This document shows, in pieces, positions 27,970 through 40,667 of a stretch of 64,000 nt of DNA (its first letter is position 1; each line of letters begins with the position of its first letter). A model generated the notes under the pieces. The model did not search any database, was not told the origin of the DNA, and saw only the letters and a program-made list of their open reading frames with translations. Location: assembly GCF_049615385.1 (NCBI RefSeq), contig NZ_JBMZFL010000009.1. One strand, written 5' to 3'. A program made the translations under genes and the position numbers. Origin of the DNA: Aequoribacter sp. GTDB taxonomy: Bacteria; Pseudomonadota; Gammaproteobacteria; Pseudomonadales; Halieaceae.

Positions 27970-29646
27970 ATGAAAACTGCAACCATCAACGACAAGCTGT
28001 CTCTCTCTGACCAATTGCTACTCAGCGACATAGCGGATTTGGCTTCGAGTGGCGTGAAAACCATTATCTGTAACCGTCCGGATGGTGAGGACAGTGATCA
28101 GTTAACCTTCACCGAAATCCAAGCCGCTGCCGCTGAGCATGGCATTATGGCTATTCATCAAGCGATAACGCCCGGCCAGATCTCAGGCGCACAAGTCGAC
28201 GCATTTAGGCAGGCGGTTGATGAAACTGATGGTAAGGTGCATGCCTATTGCCGCACGGGCACGCGGTCGATCACATTGTGGTCCTTAAGTGAGGCGAAAA
28301 CAGGCGTGTCAGCGGCGACTCTCATTGAGCGCGCAGAGAGCGTGGGCTATGACCTAAGTGGTATGGCTGAGAAATTTGCAGCGGCAAATCCGGATGCGCC
28401 TAGGGCCCCTACTCCTAAAGAGTATGATGTAGTAATTGTTGGTGGAGGTGCCGGCGGTATCTCGGTTGCGTCTTCCTTACTTAAGCGCACACAGGATTTA
28501 AGTATTGCCATCGTGGATCCGGCGGAAGTGCACTACTACCAACCTGGCTGGACAATGGTCGGTGGTGGTGTGTTTACGCAAGAGCAAACCGTTAAATCGA
28601 TGAACTCACTCATACCCTCAGGTGTGGTTTGGATTAAGGAGGCCGTGGCTACATTTGCGCCGACCAGTAACCAAGTGACCTTGGAAGACGCCAGTGTGTT
28701 GCAGTACCGCCAGCTGGTTGTGGCGCCCGGTCTCAAGCTGAACTGGGGTGCCGTGGAGGGTCTGACTGAGACCCTTGGGCACAATGGTGTAACCTCAAAT
28801 TATCGTTATGATTTAGCACCTTACACCTGGAAGTTGGTTCAGGGTCTTAAATCTGGGAAGGCGATCTTCACTCAGCCCCCCATGCCGATTAAGTGCGCCG
28901 GCGCGCCTCAAAAGGCGATGTATCTATCGAGCGATCACTGGTTAAAAAGTCAGGTGCTTGGCAACATCGATGTCGAGTTCTGTAATGCCGGTGCGGTGCT
29001 CTTTGGTGTCCAAGAATACGTGCCCGCTTTGATGGAATACGTCAAAAAATACGATGCGACGCTGTCCTTTAACCACAACCTTGTCAAAATTGATGGCCCC
29101 AGTAAAACGGCTTGGTTTGAAGTGAAAGACGCCGAAGGGAATACTCAGGTGGTTGAAAAAACCTTCGATATGATTCACGTCTGCCCCCCGCAGTGCGCTC
29201 CCGACTTTGTGGCGCAATCGGAGCTTGCCGATGCCAACGGCTGGGTAGACGTTGATCAAACGACCCTACAACACAAACGTTTCAATAACGTCTGGTCTTT
29301 AGGCGATGTTCAGAACGCTCCCAACGCGAAGACAGCTGCGGCAGCGCGTGTTCAAGCGCCGATTGTTGCGAACAACCTTCTGCACGAGCTGGGAAGAGAA
29401 AGCTGGGTTGCCCATTACAACGGTTATGGTAGCTGCCCCCTTACCGTTGAGCGCGGAAAAATTGTGCTTGCCGAGTTCGGCTATGGCGGCAAGCTATTAC
29501 CTAGTTTCCCATCTTGGGTCTTGAACGGTCGCAAACCCACGCGCCTTGCTTGGTGGTTGAAAGAAATTATCCTACCTCCGATTTATTGGAAAGCCATGCT
29601 AAGGGGCCGTGAGTGGATGGTAACTCCCGTCCACGAAAAAGGCTGA
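27970..29646 (+). CDS. sqr: Fusion protein: N-terminal DUF442 (sulfurtransferase/phosphatase-like, CRTGTR loop) plus type II sulfide:quinone oxidoreductase
   Basis: Residues 1 to about 135 match the DUF442/TIGR01244 pattern (NRPDGE...AYCRTGTRS). A Pro/Ala linker follows. Then FAD motif YDVVIVGGGAGG, SQR cysteines in PIKCAGAPQKAMY and YGSCPLTVERG. 558 aa total. Confidence 0.85.
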   Translation: MKTATINDKLSLSDQLLLSDIADLASSGVKTIICNRPDGEDSDQLTFTEIQAAAAEHGIMAIHQAITPGQISGAQVDAFRQAVDETDGKVHAYCRTGTRSITLWSLSEAKTGVSAATLIERAESVGYDLSGMAEKFAAANPDAPRAPTPKEYDVVIVGGGAGGISVASSLLKRTQDLSIAIVDPAEVHYYQPGWTMVGGGVFTQEQTVKSMNSLIPSGVVWIKEAVATFAPTSNQVTLEDASVLQYRQLVVAPGLKLNWGAVEGLTETLGHNGVTSNYRYDLAPYTWKLVQGLKSGKAIFTQPPMPIKCAGAPQKAMYLSSDHWLKSQVLGNIDVEFCNAGAVLFGVQEYVPALMEYVKKYDATLSFNHNLVKIDGPSKTAWFEVKDAEGNTQVVEKTFDMIHVCPPQCAPDFVAQSELADANGWVDVDQTTLQHKRFNNVWSLGDVQNAPNAKTAAAARVQAPIVANNLLHELGRESWVAHYNGYGSCPLTVERGKIVLAEFGYGGKLLPSFPSWVLNGRKPTRLAWWLKEIILPPIYWKAMLRGREWMVTPVHEKG

Positions 29647-29650
29647 TTTC

Positions 29651-31360
29651 ATGCAATGGTTCCCCGCGGCACAGTGGCTCAGAGGCTACAATCGTTCGTT
29701 GTTTACCGCTGATTTTATCGCGGCGATCATCGTCACGATTATGCTCATCCCGCAATCGCTGGCCTACGCGATGTTGGCCGGGCTGCCTCCAGAGGTTGGG
29801 TTGTATGCTTCAGTGCTCCCACTTGTCGCTTACGCCTTGTTTGGTACAAGTCGCACTTTGTCGGTGGGGCCCGTTGCTGTTGTCAGTTTGATGACTGCTA
29901 GCGCAGTCAGTGACGCGGTTGCGGTAACCGGTGCCGATTATCATCAGGCGGCGATCTTATTGGCGTTGCTCTCTGCCGCGATGTTGATTGGCATGGGCTT
30001 GCTGCGATTTGGTTTTTTGGCCAACTTTTTATCGCATCCGGTCGTCTCAGGCTTCATCTCTGCCTCTGGGATCATTATTGCGCTGAGTCAGTTGAAGCAC
30101 GTATTAGGTATTTCTGCTCACGGTGAAACATTGATTGAGCTCGGTAAGTCCCTTTCGGCTCATGTTGCTGAGACGAATAGCTATACTTTGGGCGTTGGCT
30201 TGTTTGCCTTGCTCTTCCTGGCGTGGTGTCGAAGGTATCTGAGCGTCTCGCTTGTTCGGATGGGATGTTCAAAAGATTTGGCCTCGACATTAACCAAAAC
30301 CGCGCCTGTTATCTCGATTGCAGCGACCATTGCCCTAGCCTACGGTTTTGACTTGGCAGACCGAGGCGTGGCTATTGTCGGGGCCGTGCCCAGCGGTTTG
30401 CCCAGCCTTGGCTTGCCAGCATTCGATTGGCGTTTAATCGAACAGCTATGGCCCTCCGCCTTGCTGATCTCCATCATCGGCTACGTGGAGTCGATCTCAG
30501 TTGGCCGCACTCTCGGTGCAAAACGACGTCAACGGGTGCACTCTGATCAAGAGCTCATTGGCTTGGGCTCGGCTAATTTAGCCTCTGCTTTGTCCTCTGG
30601 ATTTCCAGTGACCGGGGGATTCTCGCGATCCGTTGTTAATTTTGATGCCGGCGCTCAAACTCCGGCAGCAAGTATTATGACGGCGATCGGTATTGCGCTG
30701 GCGGCGATGTTTTTGACCCCGATACTTTTTTACCTACCGAAAGCGACACTGGCCGCCACAATTATTGTCGCCGTGATGAGTCTGGTCGATTTGGGTTTGT
30801 TAAAGCGTGCTTGGAATTATTCTAAGAGCGATGGGTTGGCCCTAGCTGGAACCATCGTCATTACCCTTTTGGCGGGCGTTGAAGCAGGTGTTGTAACCGG
30901 CGTTGCGCTCTCAATTTTCTTGCACCTGTATCACACGTCAAAGCCTCATGTTGCCATCGTCGGAGAAGTCCCAGGAACCCAGCATTTTCGGAATGTTAGC
31001 CGCCACAAAGTCATCACTGCGCCGACGATTTGCTCGATCCGAATTGACGAAAGTTTGTATTTCCCCAACGCCGCGTACCTCGAAGATGTGGTCTACGCGC
31101 AAGTCGCCAAGAATCCAGAGTTAAAGCATGTCGTTTTGATGTGCTCGGCGGTCAACGTGATCGATCTGAGCGCTCTTGAAGCGCTGGAGATGATTAACGA
31201 GAGGCTGACAGAGCTTGATATTGGTCTGCACTTGTCTGAGGTTAAAGGGCCCGTGATGGACGCTTTGGAGCGTTCCCACCTGCTGCACGCTTTGAACGGT
31301 CACGTCTATTTGTCGCAACACGAAGCTTTCACGCAATTACAGGCTGGCGCTGGGGCTTAA
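29651..31360 (+). CDS. SulP-family anion permease with STAS domain (paralogue 2, operonic with sqr)
   Basis: Same architecture as 23829-25532, with long colinear conserved blocks (SRTLSVGPVAVVSLM, RIDESLYFPNAAYLEDVVYA, LSEVKGPVMD). Starts 4 nt after the sqr stop. Confidence 0.9.
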   Translation: MQWFPAAQWLRGYNRSLFTADFIAAIIVTIMLIPQSLAYAMLAGLPPEVGLYASVLPLVAYALFGTSRTLSVGPVAVVSLMTASAVSDAVAVTGADYHQAAILLALLSAAMLIGMGLLRFGFLANFLSHPVVSGFISASGIIIALSQLKHVLGISAHGETLIELGKSLSAHVAETNSYTLGVGLFALLFLAWCRRYLSVSLVRMGCSKDLASTLTKTAPVISIAATIALAYGFDLADRGVAIVGAVPSGLPSLGLPAFDWRLIEQLWPSALLISIIGYVESISVGRTLGAKRRQRVHSDQELIGLGSANLASALSSGFPVTGGFSRSVVNFDAGAQTPAASIMTAIGIALAAMFLTPILFYLPKATLAATIIVAVMSLVDLGLLKRAWNYSKSDGLALAGTIVITLLAGVEAGVVTGVALSIFLHLYHTSKPHVAIVGEVPGTQHFRNVSRHKVITAPTICSIRIDESLYFPNAAYLEDVVYAQVAKNPELKHVVLMCSAVNVIDLSALEALEMINERLTELDIGLHLSEVKGPVMDALERSHLLHALNGHVYLSQHEAFTQLQAGAGA

Positions 31361-31452
31361 GCTTCTCGACTGGGGGATTAACGCTGTTTGGGGCTGGCTA
31401 GCGCTGAAATAAGCCGCCATAATGGTGTTTCTTTCGTTTGTAGCTACTGACT

Positions 31453-33546
31453 ATGTTTTTGCGCCTAATTTTAATCACCCTTTTACTGTCAACCACCGCA
31501 CTTGGTCTTGCGCTTGAGTCTAGTGAGGGGCCTTTAAAGTTCACAGATGAGCAGACTAAAACTCTGCAAGAGATGATCAAAAATTTGGAGCGCAGGCACT
31601 ACGCCTCAAAGGCCTACGACAATAACCTATCGATGATGCATCTGGAGCGCTACATCGATACCTTAGATCCTCGCAAGCTTTATTTTACGATTCAAGATAT
31701 TAAAGCATTTTCTCGCCACGGTCTTTTGCTTGATGATCAAGCCAAAGAGCGTACCCTGCAGGCGGCGATCGAGGTGTATTCGATCTACTATGAGCGCCGA
31801 GTCGCGCGATTATCGGCGTTTCTGAATGACATGGCCGCTCAGATTGCCCAGCTAGATTTTAACTCAGATGATTATCTTGAGTTGGACGTTGAAAATCTCG
31901 CCTGGGCAGATACCGAAGAAGCCTTGCAGGTGCGGTGGCGACTACAATTCAAAAATGATGTGCTGAATCTAAAACTTGCTAAGAAAACCGACGAAGAGAT
32001 CGTTAAGACACTGCGTAAGCGTTATGGCTATCAGCTCAAAGAAACGCAGCGTACGACCGAGCGAGATGTGTTTAGCGTCTATGCTAATGCTCTAGCGAGC
32101 CTGTACGGGCCGCATACGTCTTACTATTCTCCCAGACAATCAGAAAACTTTGATATCGAGATGTCCTTGTCGCTAGAGGGTATCGGCGCCCTGCTTCAGC
32201 TTGACGAGGATTACGTCAAAGTCAGCCGGATTGTGCCTAAAGGCCCGGCAGATAAACACGGGCAATTAAAGGCCGCGGATCGCATTGTTGGCGTTGCCCA
32301 GGGCCCAGAGGGTGAACTGGTCGATGTGATCGGCTGGCGTCTTTCTGAGGTTGTTGATTTGATTCGAGGCCCAAAAGGCACAACGGTTCGACTGGAAATT
32401 ATTCCCGCTAAGTCTTTTGGTTCCGGTGAATCTCAAATCATCGAAATTGTCCGCAATGAGGTTAAGCTCGAGGAGCAAGCTGCACAGGCAGATGTCATAG
32501 AAATTCAGCGAGATAGCAGAACGTATAAGATTGGAGTCATAGATATTCCAACCTTTTACATGGATTTTGAAGCCGCAAGTCGTGGTGATCCAAACTACCG
32601 GAGTACCTCACGCGATGTCCGACGCCTGCTCGATGAGCTCGAAGCCAAACACGTCGATGCTGTGCTGATTGACTTGCGCAATAACGGTGGCGGCTCATTG
32701 CGTGAGGCCAATGATCTCACCGGGCTATTTATTGATTATGGTCCGACGGTGCAGATTAAACATTCGTCTGGCAACATTTGGCGTGATGGCAAACGTGAGC
32801 GCGGCAATTATTACTCGGGGCCCATGGGGGTCATTATTAACCGTCTGAGTGCCTCAGCATCAGAAATTTTTGCGGGTGCTATTCAAGATTACGGACGCGG
32901 CTTGATTATGGGCAATGAATCGTTTGGTAAAGGTACAGTGCAGACCTTTGCAGCACTGACCGAAGGGCAGCTTAAAGTCACCGAGTCGAAGTTTTACCGC
33001 ATATCAGGTGACTCTACACAGCATCGCGGTGTAACCCCTGATGTTGTGCTCCCGTCTCTTTACGACCCTGACGATATCGGTGAGAGCACCATGGACTTTC
33101 CCCTGCCTTGGGATCAAATTCGAGCGGTACCACGACAAACTTACGGAGACTATGAGGCACTGCTGCCGCGCTTGATTGCGTCGTCACAACAACGTCAACT
33201 ATCGGAGCCTCATCTGGTTTTGTTGCGTGAGCAAATTGAGCTTGCAAATCGAGACCGGGAGCAAACGCGGCTTTCTTTAAACTTCGAGGAACGGCAGAAG
33301 GCGCGCGAGGAGCGCAACGCCCGTTGGCTTGCGATCGAGAACAAGCGGCGTGCACTGGAGGGGGAAGAGCCACTTCTTACGCTCGAGCAGGATGATGAAG
33401 AGAGTCCTGATGAGGTGGACGCACAAGAACAGCGCAATGCGATCGACACGGAGCACGATGCCCTGCTACTGGAATCTGCGCAAGTGATCACTGACGCGCT
33501 GGCTTTTAGTCAAGAGCCCCTGCTGGCCCGACCAGCCATCAAGTAA
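31453..33546 (+). CDS. prc: Tail-specific (C-terminal processing) protease, S41 family
   Basis: Signal peptide, PDZ region, S41 catalytic segment (DLRNNGGGSL ... SASASEIFAGA...GKGTVQ). 697 aa, like E. coli Prc. Confidence 0.92.
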   Translation: MFLRLILITLLLSTTALGLALESSEGPLKFTDEQTKTLQEMIKNLERRHYASKAYDNNLSMMHLERYIDTLDPRKLYFTIQDIKAFSRHGLLLDDQAKERTLQAAIEVYSIYYERRVARLSAFLNDMAAQIAQLDFNSDDYLELDVENLAWADTEEALQVRWRLQFKNDVLNLKLAKKTDEEIVKTLRKRYGYQLKETQRTTERDVFSVYANALASLYGPHTSYYSPRQSENFDIEMSLSLEGIGALLQLDEDYVKVSRIVPKGPADKHGQLKAADRIVGVAQGPEGELVDVIGWRLSEVVDLIRGPKGTTVRLEIIPAKSFGSGESQIIEIVRNEVKLEEQAAQADVIEIQRDSRTYKIGVIDIPTFYMDFEAASRGDPNYRSTSRDVRRLLDELEAKHVDAVLIDLRNNGGGSLREANDLTGLFIDYGPTVQIKHSSGNIWRDGKRERGNYYSGPMGVIINRLSASASEIFAGAIQDYGRGLIMGNESFGKGTVQTFAALTEGQLKVTESKFYRISGDSTQHRGVTPDVVLPSLYDPDDIGESTMDFPLPWDQIRAVPRQTYGDYEALLPRLIASSQQRQLSEPHLVLLREQIELANRDREQTRLSLNFEERQKAREERNARWLAIENKRRALEGEEPLLTLEQDDEESPDEVDAQEQRNAIDTEHDALLLESAQVITDALAFSQEPLLARPAIK

Positions 33547-34933
33547 TTACCTCCAGGGTCGGGCGATTATACCAGCTGAGTTTCTGGTGAAGCTTTATGA
33601 CCTGCCCCACCAGTATCAATGTGGGGCCATCCCAGCTCTGCTGTTCGGCTTTGGACACAATATCTTCAAGAGTGCCGATCAGTATAAGCTGGGTCGGAAG
33701 GGTCGCATTCTGGATAAGAGCAATCGGTGTTGTCGGCTCTCTGCCCGCATCAAGCAAGCGCGTGACGACGCTATCGAGCGCCTTTAAGCCCATATAAACG
33801 ACTAAGGTCTCATCAGCAGAGCCGCAATCCTCTAGCGTCAAAACCGGTGTGTCCTGCTTTAAATACCCCGGAACAAAACGCACTGATTGGGCGTAATCCC
33901 GATGCGTTAAAGGAATACCTGCATAACTTGCAGCGCCCGCTGCCGAGGTTATACCCGGAACGACCTGAAATGGCACGTCGTGCTCGGCGAGCAACTCGAG
34001 TTCTTCTCCACCTCTGCCAAAAATGAAAGGGTCACCACCCTTAAGTCTGACGACTTTTAAGCCTTGCTGGGCAAGCTCAAGCAGAGTGTGATTGATGTCA
34101 GACTGAGCCACAGCGTGCTTATCTCTTTGCTTGCCGACGTAAATGCGTTGGGCGTCCCGCCGCGCCAAATCCAACACTTCCTGCGATACTAAACGATCGT
34201 AAAGGACCACGTCGGCGCGCTGCAGCAGCCGCAAGGCCTTGAAAGTCAATAGATCAGGGTCCCCGGGACCTGCTCCAATTAAGGCCACGTCGCCGCGATG
34301 ATAATCACTGCTTACTAAAAGATCGCTGGCGAATCGCTTGGCAGTTTCAGTATTGCCGTTAAGTACAGCCTCAGCGGCTTCGCTCTCCACTAGCGTCTCG
34401 TAGTAGAGACGTCGTTCGCTCTCGGTAGCTAAAGCGGCTTTAACACGGTCGCGCAGGGAGCCTACAAAGCGCGCGAGTAATCCATAGTTGGTTGGCAGCC
34501 AAGCTTCCAGCCGTTTGCGTAACAAACGCGCGAGTACAGGGCTCTTGCCGCTGCTCGAAATGCCAATAATGATGGGGTTGCGATCGACAATGGCGGGAAA
34601 GATAAACGAGCACAGCTCGGGCTCGTCGACCACATTAATGGGAATGTTGCGCTCGTTCGCTTCGGCTGCTAACCAAATGTGTACTTCGTGATCTGAAGTA
34701 GCGGCAACGATTAGCCTCTTACCTTCGAGGTCGCTGGCTTTAACTTTGCGCTGAAAATACCGATCTTCTGGTGTTAATAAAGTCTGCAATTCAGAACAAA
34801 TATCGGGTGCCACAACGCACAGTGTCGCTGAGGCTCGCTTTAATAGGGTTGCCTTGCGGGCGGCAACAGGGCCCGCACCGACCAACAAGACCTCAGAGTC
34901 TCTGAGGTTGAAGGCAAGAGGCAGATAATCCAT
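33539..34933 (-). CDS. cysG: Siroheme synthase (precorrin-2 dehydrogenase/ferrochelatase plus uroporphyrinogen-III C-methyltransferase)
   Basis: N-terminal NAD-binding VLLVGAGPVAARK. C-terminal SUMT domain (VALIGAGPGDPDLLT, RLKGGDPFIFGRGGEE). 464 aa. Confidence 0.93.
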   Translation of the reverse strand: MDYLPLAFNLRDSEVLLVGAGPVAARKATLLKRASATLCVVAPDICSELQTLLTPEDRYFQRKVKASDLEGKRLIVAATSDHEVHIWLAAEANERNIPINVVDEPELCSFIFPAIVDRNPIIIGISSSGKSPVLARLLRKRLEAWLPTNYGLLARFVGSLRDRVKAALATESERRLYYETLVESEAAEAVLNGNTETAKRFASDLLVSSDYHRGDVALIGAGPGDPDLLTFKALRLLQRADVVLYDRLVSQEVLDLARRDAQRIYVGKQRDKHAVAQSDINHTLLELAQQGLKVVRLKGGDPFIFGRGGEELELLAEHDVPFQVVPGITSAAGAASYAGIPLTHRDYAQSVRFVPGYLKQDTPVLTLEDCGSADETLVVYMGLKALDSVVTRLLDAGREPTTPIALIQNATLPTQLILIGTLEDIVSKAEQQSWDGPTLILVGQVIKLHQKLSWYNRPTLEVIT

Positions 34934-34937
34934 TACT

Positions 34938-36630
<1,693 letters not shown>

Positions 36631-36705
36631 AACAACACCCTATGCCGATAAAGGGCGTCATTGTACCTTGTTTGCGGTCAAGATCCGACTCGCCGCAATC
36701 ACAAA

Positions 36706-37299
36706 TTACTGAATTTCTGTGCCGGGTGGAGGGTTAAACGTAAAAACATCTTCGGGGAAGTGCCCCGTTTTAGCGTTGGCTATCTCGATGAGGCTGCGAT
36801 GCCCAAGACTTGTGTGTATTTCTATGCTTCGGGGATAGCCCTCGCGAGTTAAAGTCATGCGGATGGCTTGAATTTGGCTGTCGCTATCGCGAGGGGCAAG
36901 GGACAACTGATCGTCGGTTTCTGTCACTGCATAACGCTGTTCGAGAACGCTTTTATTGCCGCTAAATAGAGCAAGCGTTGCTTGATCACCACTGCTCTCG
37001 TTTGAATGAAACGTCGCCACTTCTAACCAAGGATCGTAATGCCAAACGCCCCTCGCAGTAGCATAAAACGTCTGAGGATCAGGGGTTCGGACTTCCCACA
37101 GCGCATAATTGGGGCGTTGCAGGATCAAATCACCCTCGCTCGTTCTGATTAGAGCGCCGTTAACATCGTATTCAAATTGCGTGAACGAAGCACTTAGACC
37201 GTCCCAAGACAACCAGCGGTCAAAGACTGATTCTGAAGCCGCGCTGGTCGACGTGACAAATAAATACAGTATCGTGGCTGTAACGAGTCGCAAGTGCAT
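36706..37299 (-). CDS. lolA: Outer-membrane lipoprotein carrier protein LolA
   Basis: Signal peptide. About 200 aa beta-rich protein. Conserved position immediately downstream of ftsK (TAATG overlap). Sequence pattern F.Q......G...E..G.L...RP..F.W is consistent with LolA. Confidence 0.8.
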   Translation of the reverse strand: MHLRLVTATILYLFVTSTSAASESVFDRWLSWDGLSASFTQFEYDVNGALIRTSEGDLILQRPNYALWEVRTPDPQTFYATARGVWHYDPWLEVATFHSNESSGDQATLALFSGNKSVLEQRYAVTETDDQLSLAPRDSDSQIQAIRMTLTREGYPRSIEIHTSLGHRSLIEIANAKTGHFPEDVFTFNPPPGTEIQ

Positions 37300-39602
37300 T
37301 AGACATCTACCGGTGGAGGTGCCAACACATCGCGCTGCCCGTTATGTCCCATCGTTGAAACAACACCCGCGGCCTCCATTGCTTCGATCAGCCGAGCGGC
37401 GCGGTTGTAACCGATACGCAACTTGCGTTGTACCGAGGATATTGACGCTCTGCGCGATTCCAAAACGAAATGTACGGCTTCGTCATACAGAGGGTCCGCT
37501 TCGGGGTCATCGCCACCACTGCTTTGCAGCTCTTGAGCCGTGACGGGGGTATTGCCGCCCTCTTCCAGCAAACCCTCGATGTAGTCGGGCTTGCCGCGTT
37601 TTTTCCAATCGGCAACAACACGGTGTACTTCGTCATCCGAGCAAAAAGCGCCGTGGACACGGGTCGGAAGTCCCGATCCTGGCGGTAAATACAGCATGTC
37701 CCCATGTCCTAGCAGCTGCTCGGCGCCACCCTGGTCCAAAATGGTTCGGCTGTCTATCCGAGAGGACACTTGAAACGCAATACGGGTTGGCACGTTGGCT
37801 TTGATTAAGCCGGTAATCACATCGACCGAGGGTCTTTGCGTTGCCAGTATGAGGTGAATGCCCGCAGCCCTCGCTTTTTGAGCAATACGAGCGATTAGCT
37901 CTTCGACTTTTTTGCCCACAATCATGATCATGTCGGCGAACTCGTCGATGACAACAACGATCGAGGGTAAATGCTCTAGTGCTGGTGCCACTTGTTCTTG
38001 ATCAGCAAACATGACGTCTTTGCTGGGTCGCCATGTTGGATCAGTGATAACCTCACCGGCCCGCTTTGCGTCCTCGATTTTGCGGTTATAACCGCTTAAG
38101 TTTCGAACCCCAAGCGAGGCCATGACTTTGTAGCGGCGCTCCATCTCCGCGACACACCAGCGTAAGCCATTGGCGGCATCTTTCATGTCGGTAATCACCG
38201 GCGTAAGCAAATGCGGGATGCCATCGTACACCGACAGTTCGAGCATTTTTGGATCGACGAGTAATAGGCGAACATCGTTGGGTGTGCATTTATACAGCAA
38301 GCTTAGTAGCATCGCGTTTACGCCGACCGACTTGCCGGAGCCGGTTGTGCCAGCCACCAAGAGATGTGGCATTTTGGCAAGATCTGCAACGACGGGAAGG
38401 CCAGATATGTCGTGACCTAGCGCCAAGGTTAAAGGCGATTTTGCTGTGTCAAAGGCCCGAGACGACAGCACCTCGCGAAAATTCACAATTTCGCGATCTT
38501 CATTGGGTATCTCGATGCCCACTACCGACTTGCCGGGAATAACCTCGACCACCCGAACACTAATAACGGCAAGGCTGCGCGCCAAGTCCTTGGCAAGGTT
38601 GGAAATACGCGAGACCTTGACACCCGCAGCGGGTTGGATTTCGAACCGTGTAATCACGGGCCCCGGATACACTGCCACCACCTCGGCCGTAATTCCAAAA
38701 TCTTTGAGCTTGAGTTCCAACAGGCGAGACATTCCCTCTAGAGCCTCTTTACTGAAGCCTTTGTTGGGATCATGGGATGCGGGATCCAGCAATTCGAGTG
38801 CTGGTACCTCTCCGGCGGGAGCGATGTCCTGAAACAGATTAACTTGCTTTTCTTTCTCCGCCCGCTCGCTTTTCTCGACGGGTTTACTGGGCGCCTTTAT
38901 TCTGGGCGGAGTGCGCAATTTTTGCGTGTCGACGTGCTGCTGTATCTCGATCTTGCGAGACAGCTGCGCTCGTGCTTTTGCTCGTTTTTCCCTTATCCGT
39001 CCTACTTGGTAATAGCACCAATGCCAACTTGCGCTGCAGTAACGTATGGTCCAGTCACCTAAGGCGTCCATCACTTTGAGCCAGCTGAGCCCAGTGAATA
39101 TGCTGATCCCAAAGAGAAACAAGGCGACCAATAAAACGCGAGCGCCGAGGCCAGAAAACCAGTCGTTGAATACCTGGCCCACCATAAGACCGACAATGCC
39201 GCCCGCGCCCTGCGGTAGATTTGAGGCGCCTTCTTGATTCAAAGATGCCAAGGCACAGCCAGCGGCCACAATCAGAGCCAAGCCCAGACTTCGCAAGGCG
39301 ACCAGTTCACGCCAGCGATCTGCGTCGCCCATGCGTTCAAAAACCATTTGAATCGCCTTGATAGCAAGCAGAATTGGCACGCCGAATGCCCAATAGCCGA
39401 TGAGAGAAAAGCTGATATCGGCAAGGTAGGCCCCAAAAACACCCGCCGAATTAAGCGTTTGGTCGTTGAGTCCCGATGTGGACCACGCGGGATCGCTGGG
39501 ACTGTATGAAAATAAAGCAATTAACAAATAAACACAGCTAGCCGTGACGCCAATCAGTGCGCCTTCTGCAAGTCGATTTCGTACAGTGTTGTTTGATGCC
39601 AT
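37299..39602 (-). CDS. ftsK: DNA translocase FtsK
   Basis: N-terminal 4-TM domain. Linker. Motor domain ([26 protein letters not shown]). C-terminal gamma winged helix ([20 protein letters not shown]). Confidence 0.96.
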   Translation of the reverse strand: MASNNTVRNRLAEGALIGVTASCVYLLIALFSYSPSDPAWSTSGLNDQTLNSAGVFGAYLADISFSLIGYWAFGVPILLAIKAIQMVFERMGDADRWRELVALRSLGLALIVAAGCALASLNQEGASNLPQGAGGIVGLMVGQVFNDWFSGLGARVLLVALFLFGISIFTGLSWLKVMDALGDWTIRYCSASWHWCYYQVGRIREKRAKARAQLSRKIEIQQHVDTQKLRTPPRIKAPSKPVEKSERAEKEKQVNLFQDIAPAGEVPALELLDPASHDPNKGFSKEALEGMSRLLELKLKDFGITAEVVAVYPGPVITRFEIQPAAGVKVSRISNLAKDLARSLAVISVRVVEVIPGKSVVGIEIPNEDREIVNFREVLSSRAFDTAKSPLTLALGHDISGLPVVADLAKMPHLLVAGTTGSGKSVGVNAMLLSLLYKCTPNDVRLLLVDPKMLELSVYDGIPHLLTPVITDMKDAANGLRWCVAEMERRYKVMASLGVRNLSGYNRKIEDAKRAGEVITDPTWRPSKDVMFADQEQVAPALEHLPSIVVVIDEFADMIMIVGKKVEELIARIAQKARAAGIHLILATQRPSVDVITGLIKANVPTRIAFQVSSRIDSRTILDQGGAEQLLGHGDMLYLPPGSGLPTRVHGAFCSDDEVHRVVADWKKRGKPDYIEGLLEEGGNTPVTAQELQSSGGDDPEADPLYDEAVHFVLESRRASISSVQRKLRIGYNRAARLIEAMEAAGVVSTMGHNGQRDVLAPPPVDV

Positions 39603-39707
39603 GGCGCTATAGTATCCCGATACTTCATTGGATTAAAAGACCAACAACAAACGCACCCCATGCTTTGCCCCGACGCGCCGTTTACTCTAGACTTACGCGC
39701 TTGTTAA

Positions 39708-40667
<960 letters not shown>

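Noticed and set aside
23829-31360. The two SulP genes as a recent segmental duplication or recombination substrate
   Set aside because: Nucleotide similarity is patchy and confined to conserved peptide blocks, so this is not a repeat element and there is no evidence of recent duplication or assembly collapse.
36631-36705. Possible fluoride (crcB-motif) riboswitch in the 75-nt gap upstream of crcB
   Set aside because: Read on the minus strand, the leader (…GCGGCGAGUCGGAUCUUGACCGCAAACAAGGUACAAUGACGCC…) has only loose resemblance to the motif (a GGCGA and an AAAC). It lacks the conserved GGCGAUG...CCGCC...GCUGAUGAU...CCU arrangement as I remember it. crcB is more likely co-transcribed with lolA. 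A covariance-model scan (Rfam RF01734) would settle it.
39375-39390. Sigma54-like motif TGGCAC-N5-ATGCC
   Set aside because: It lies inside the ftsK coding sequence, on the antisense strand, with no downstream ORF or nearby activator site. I take it as a chance match.
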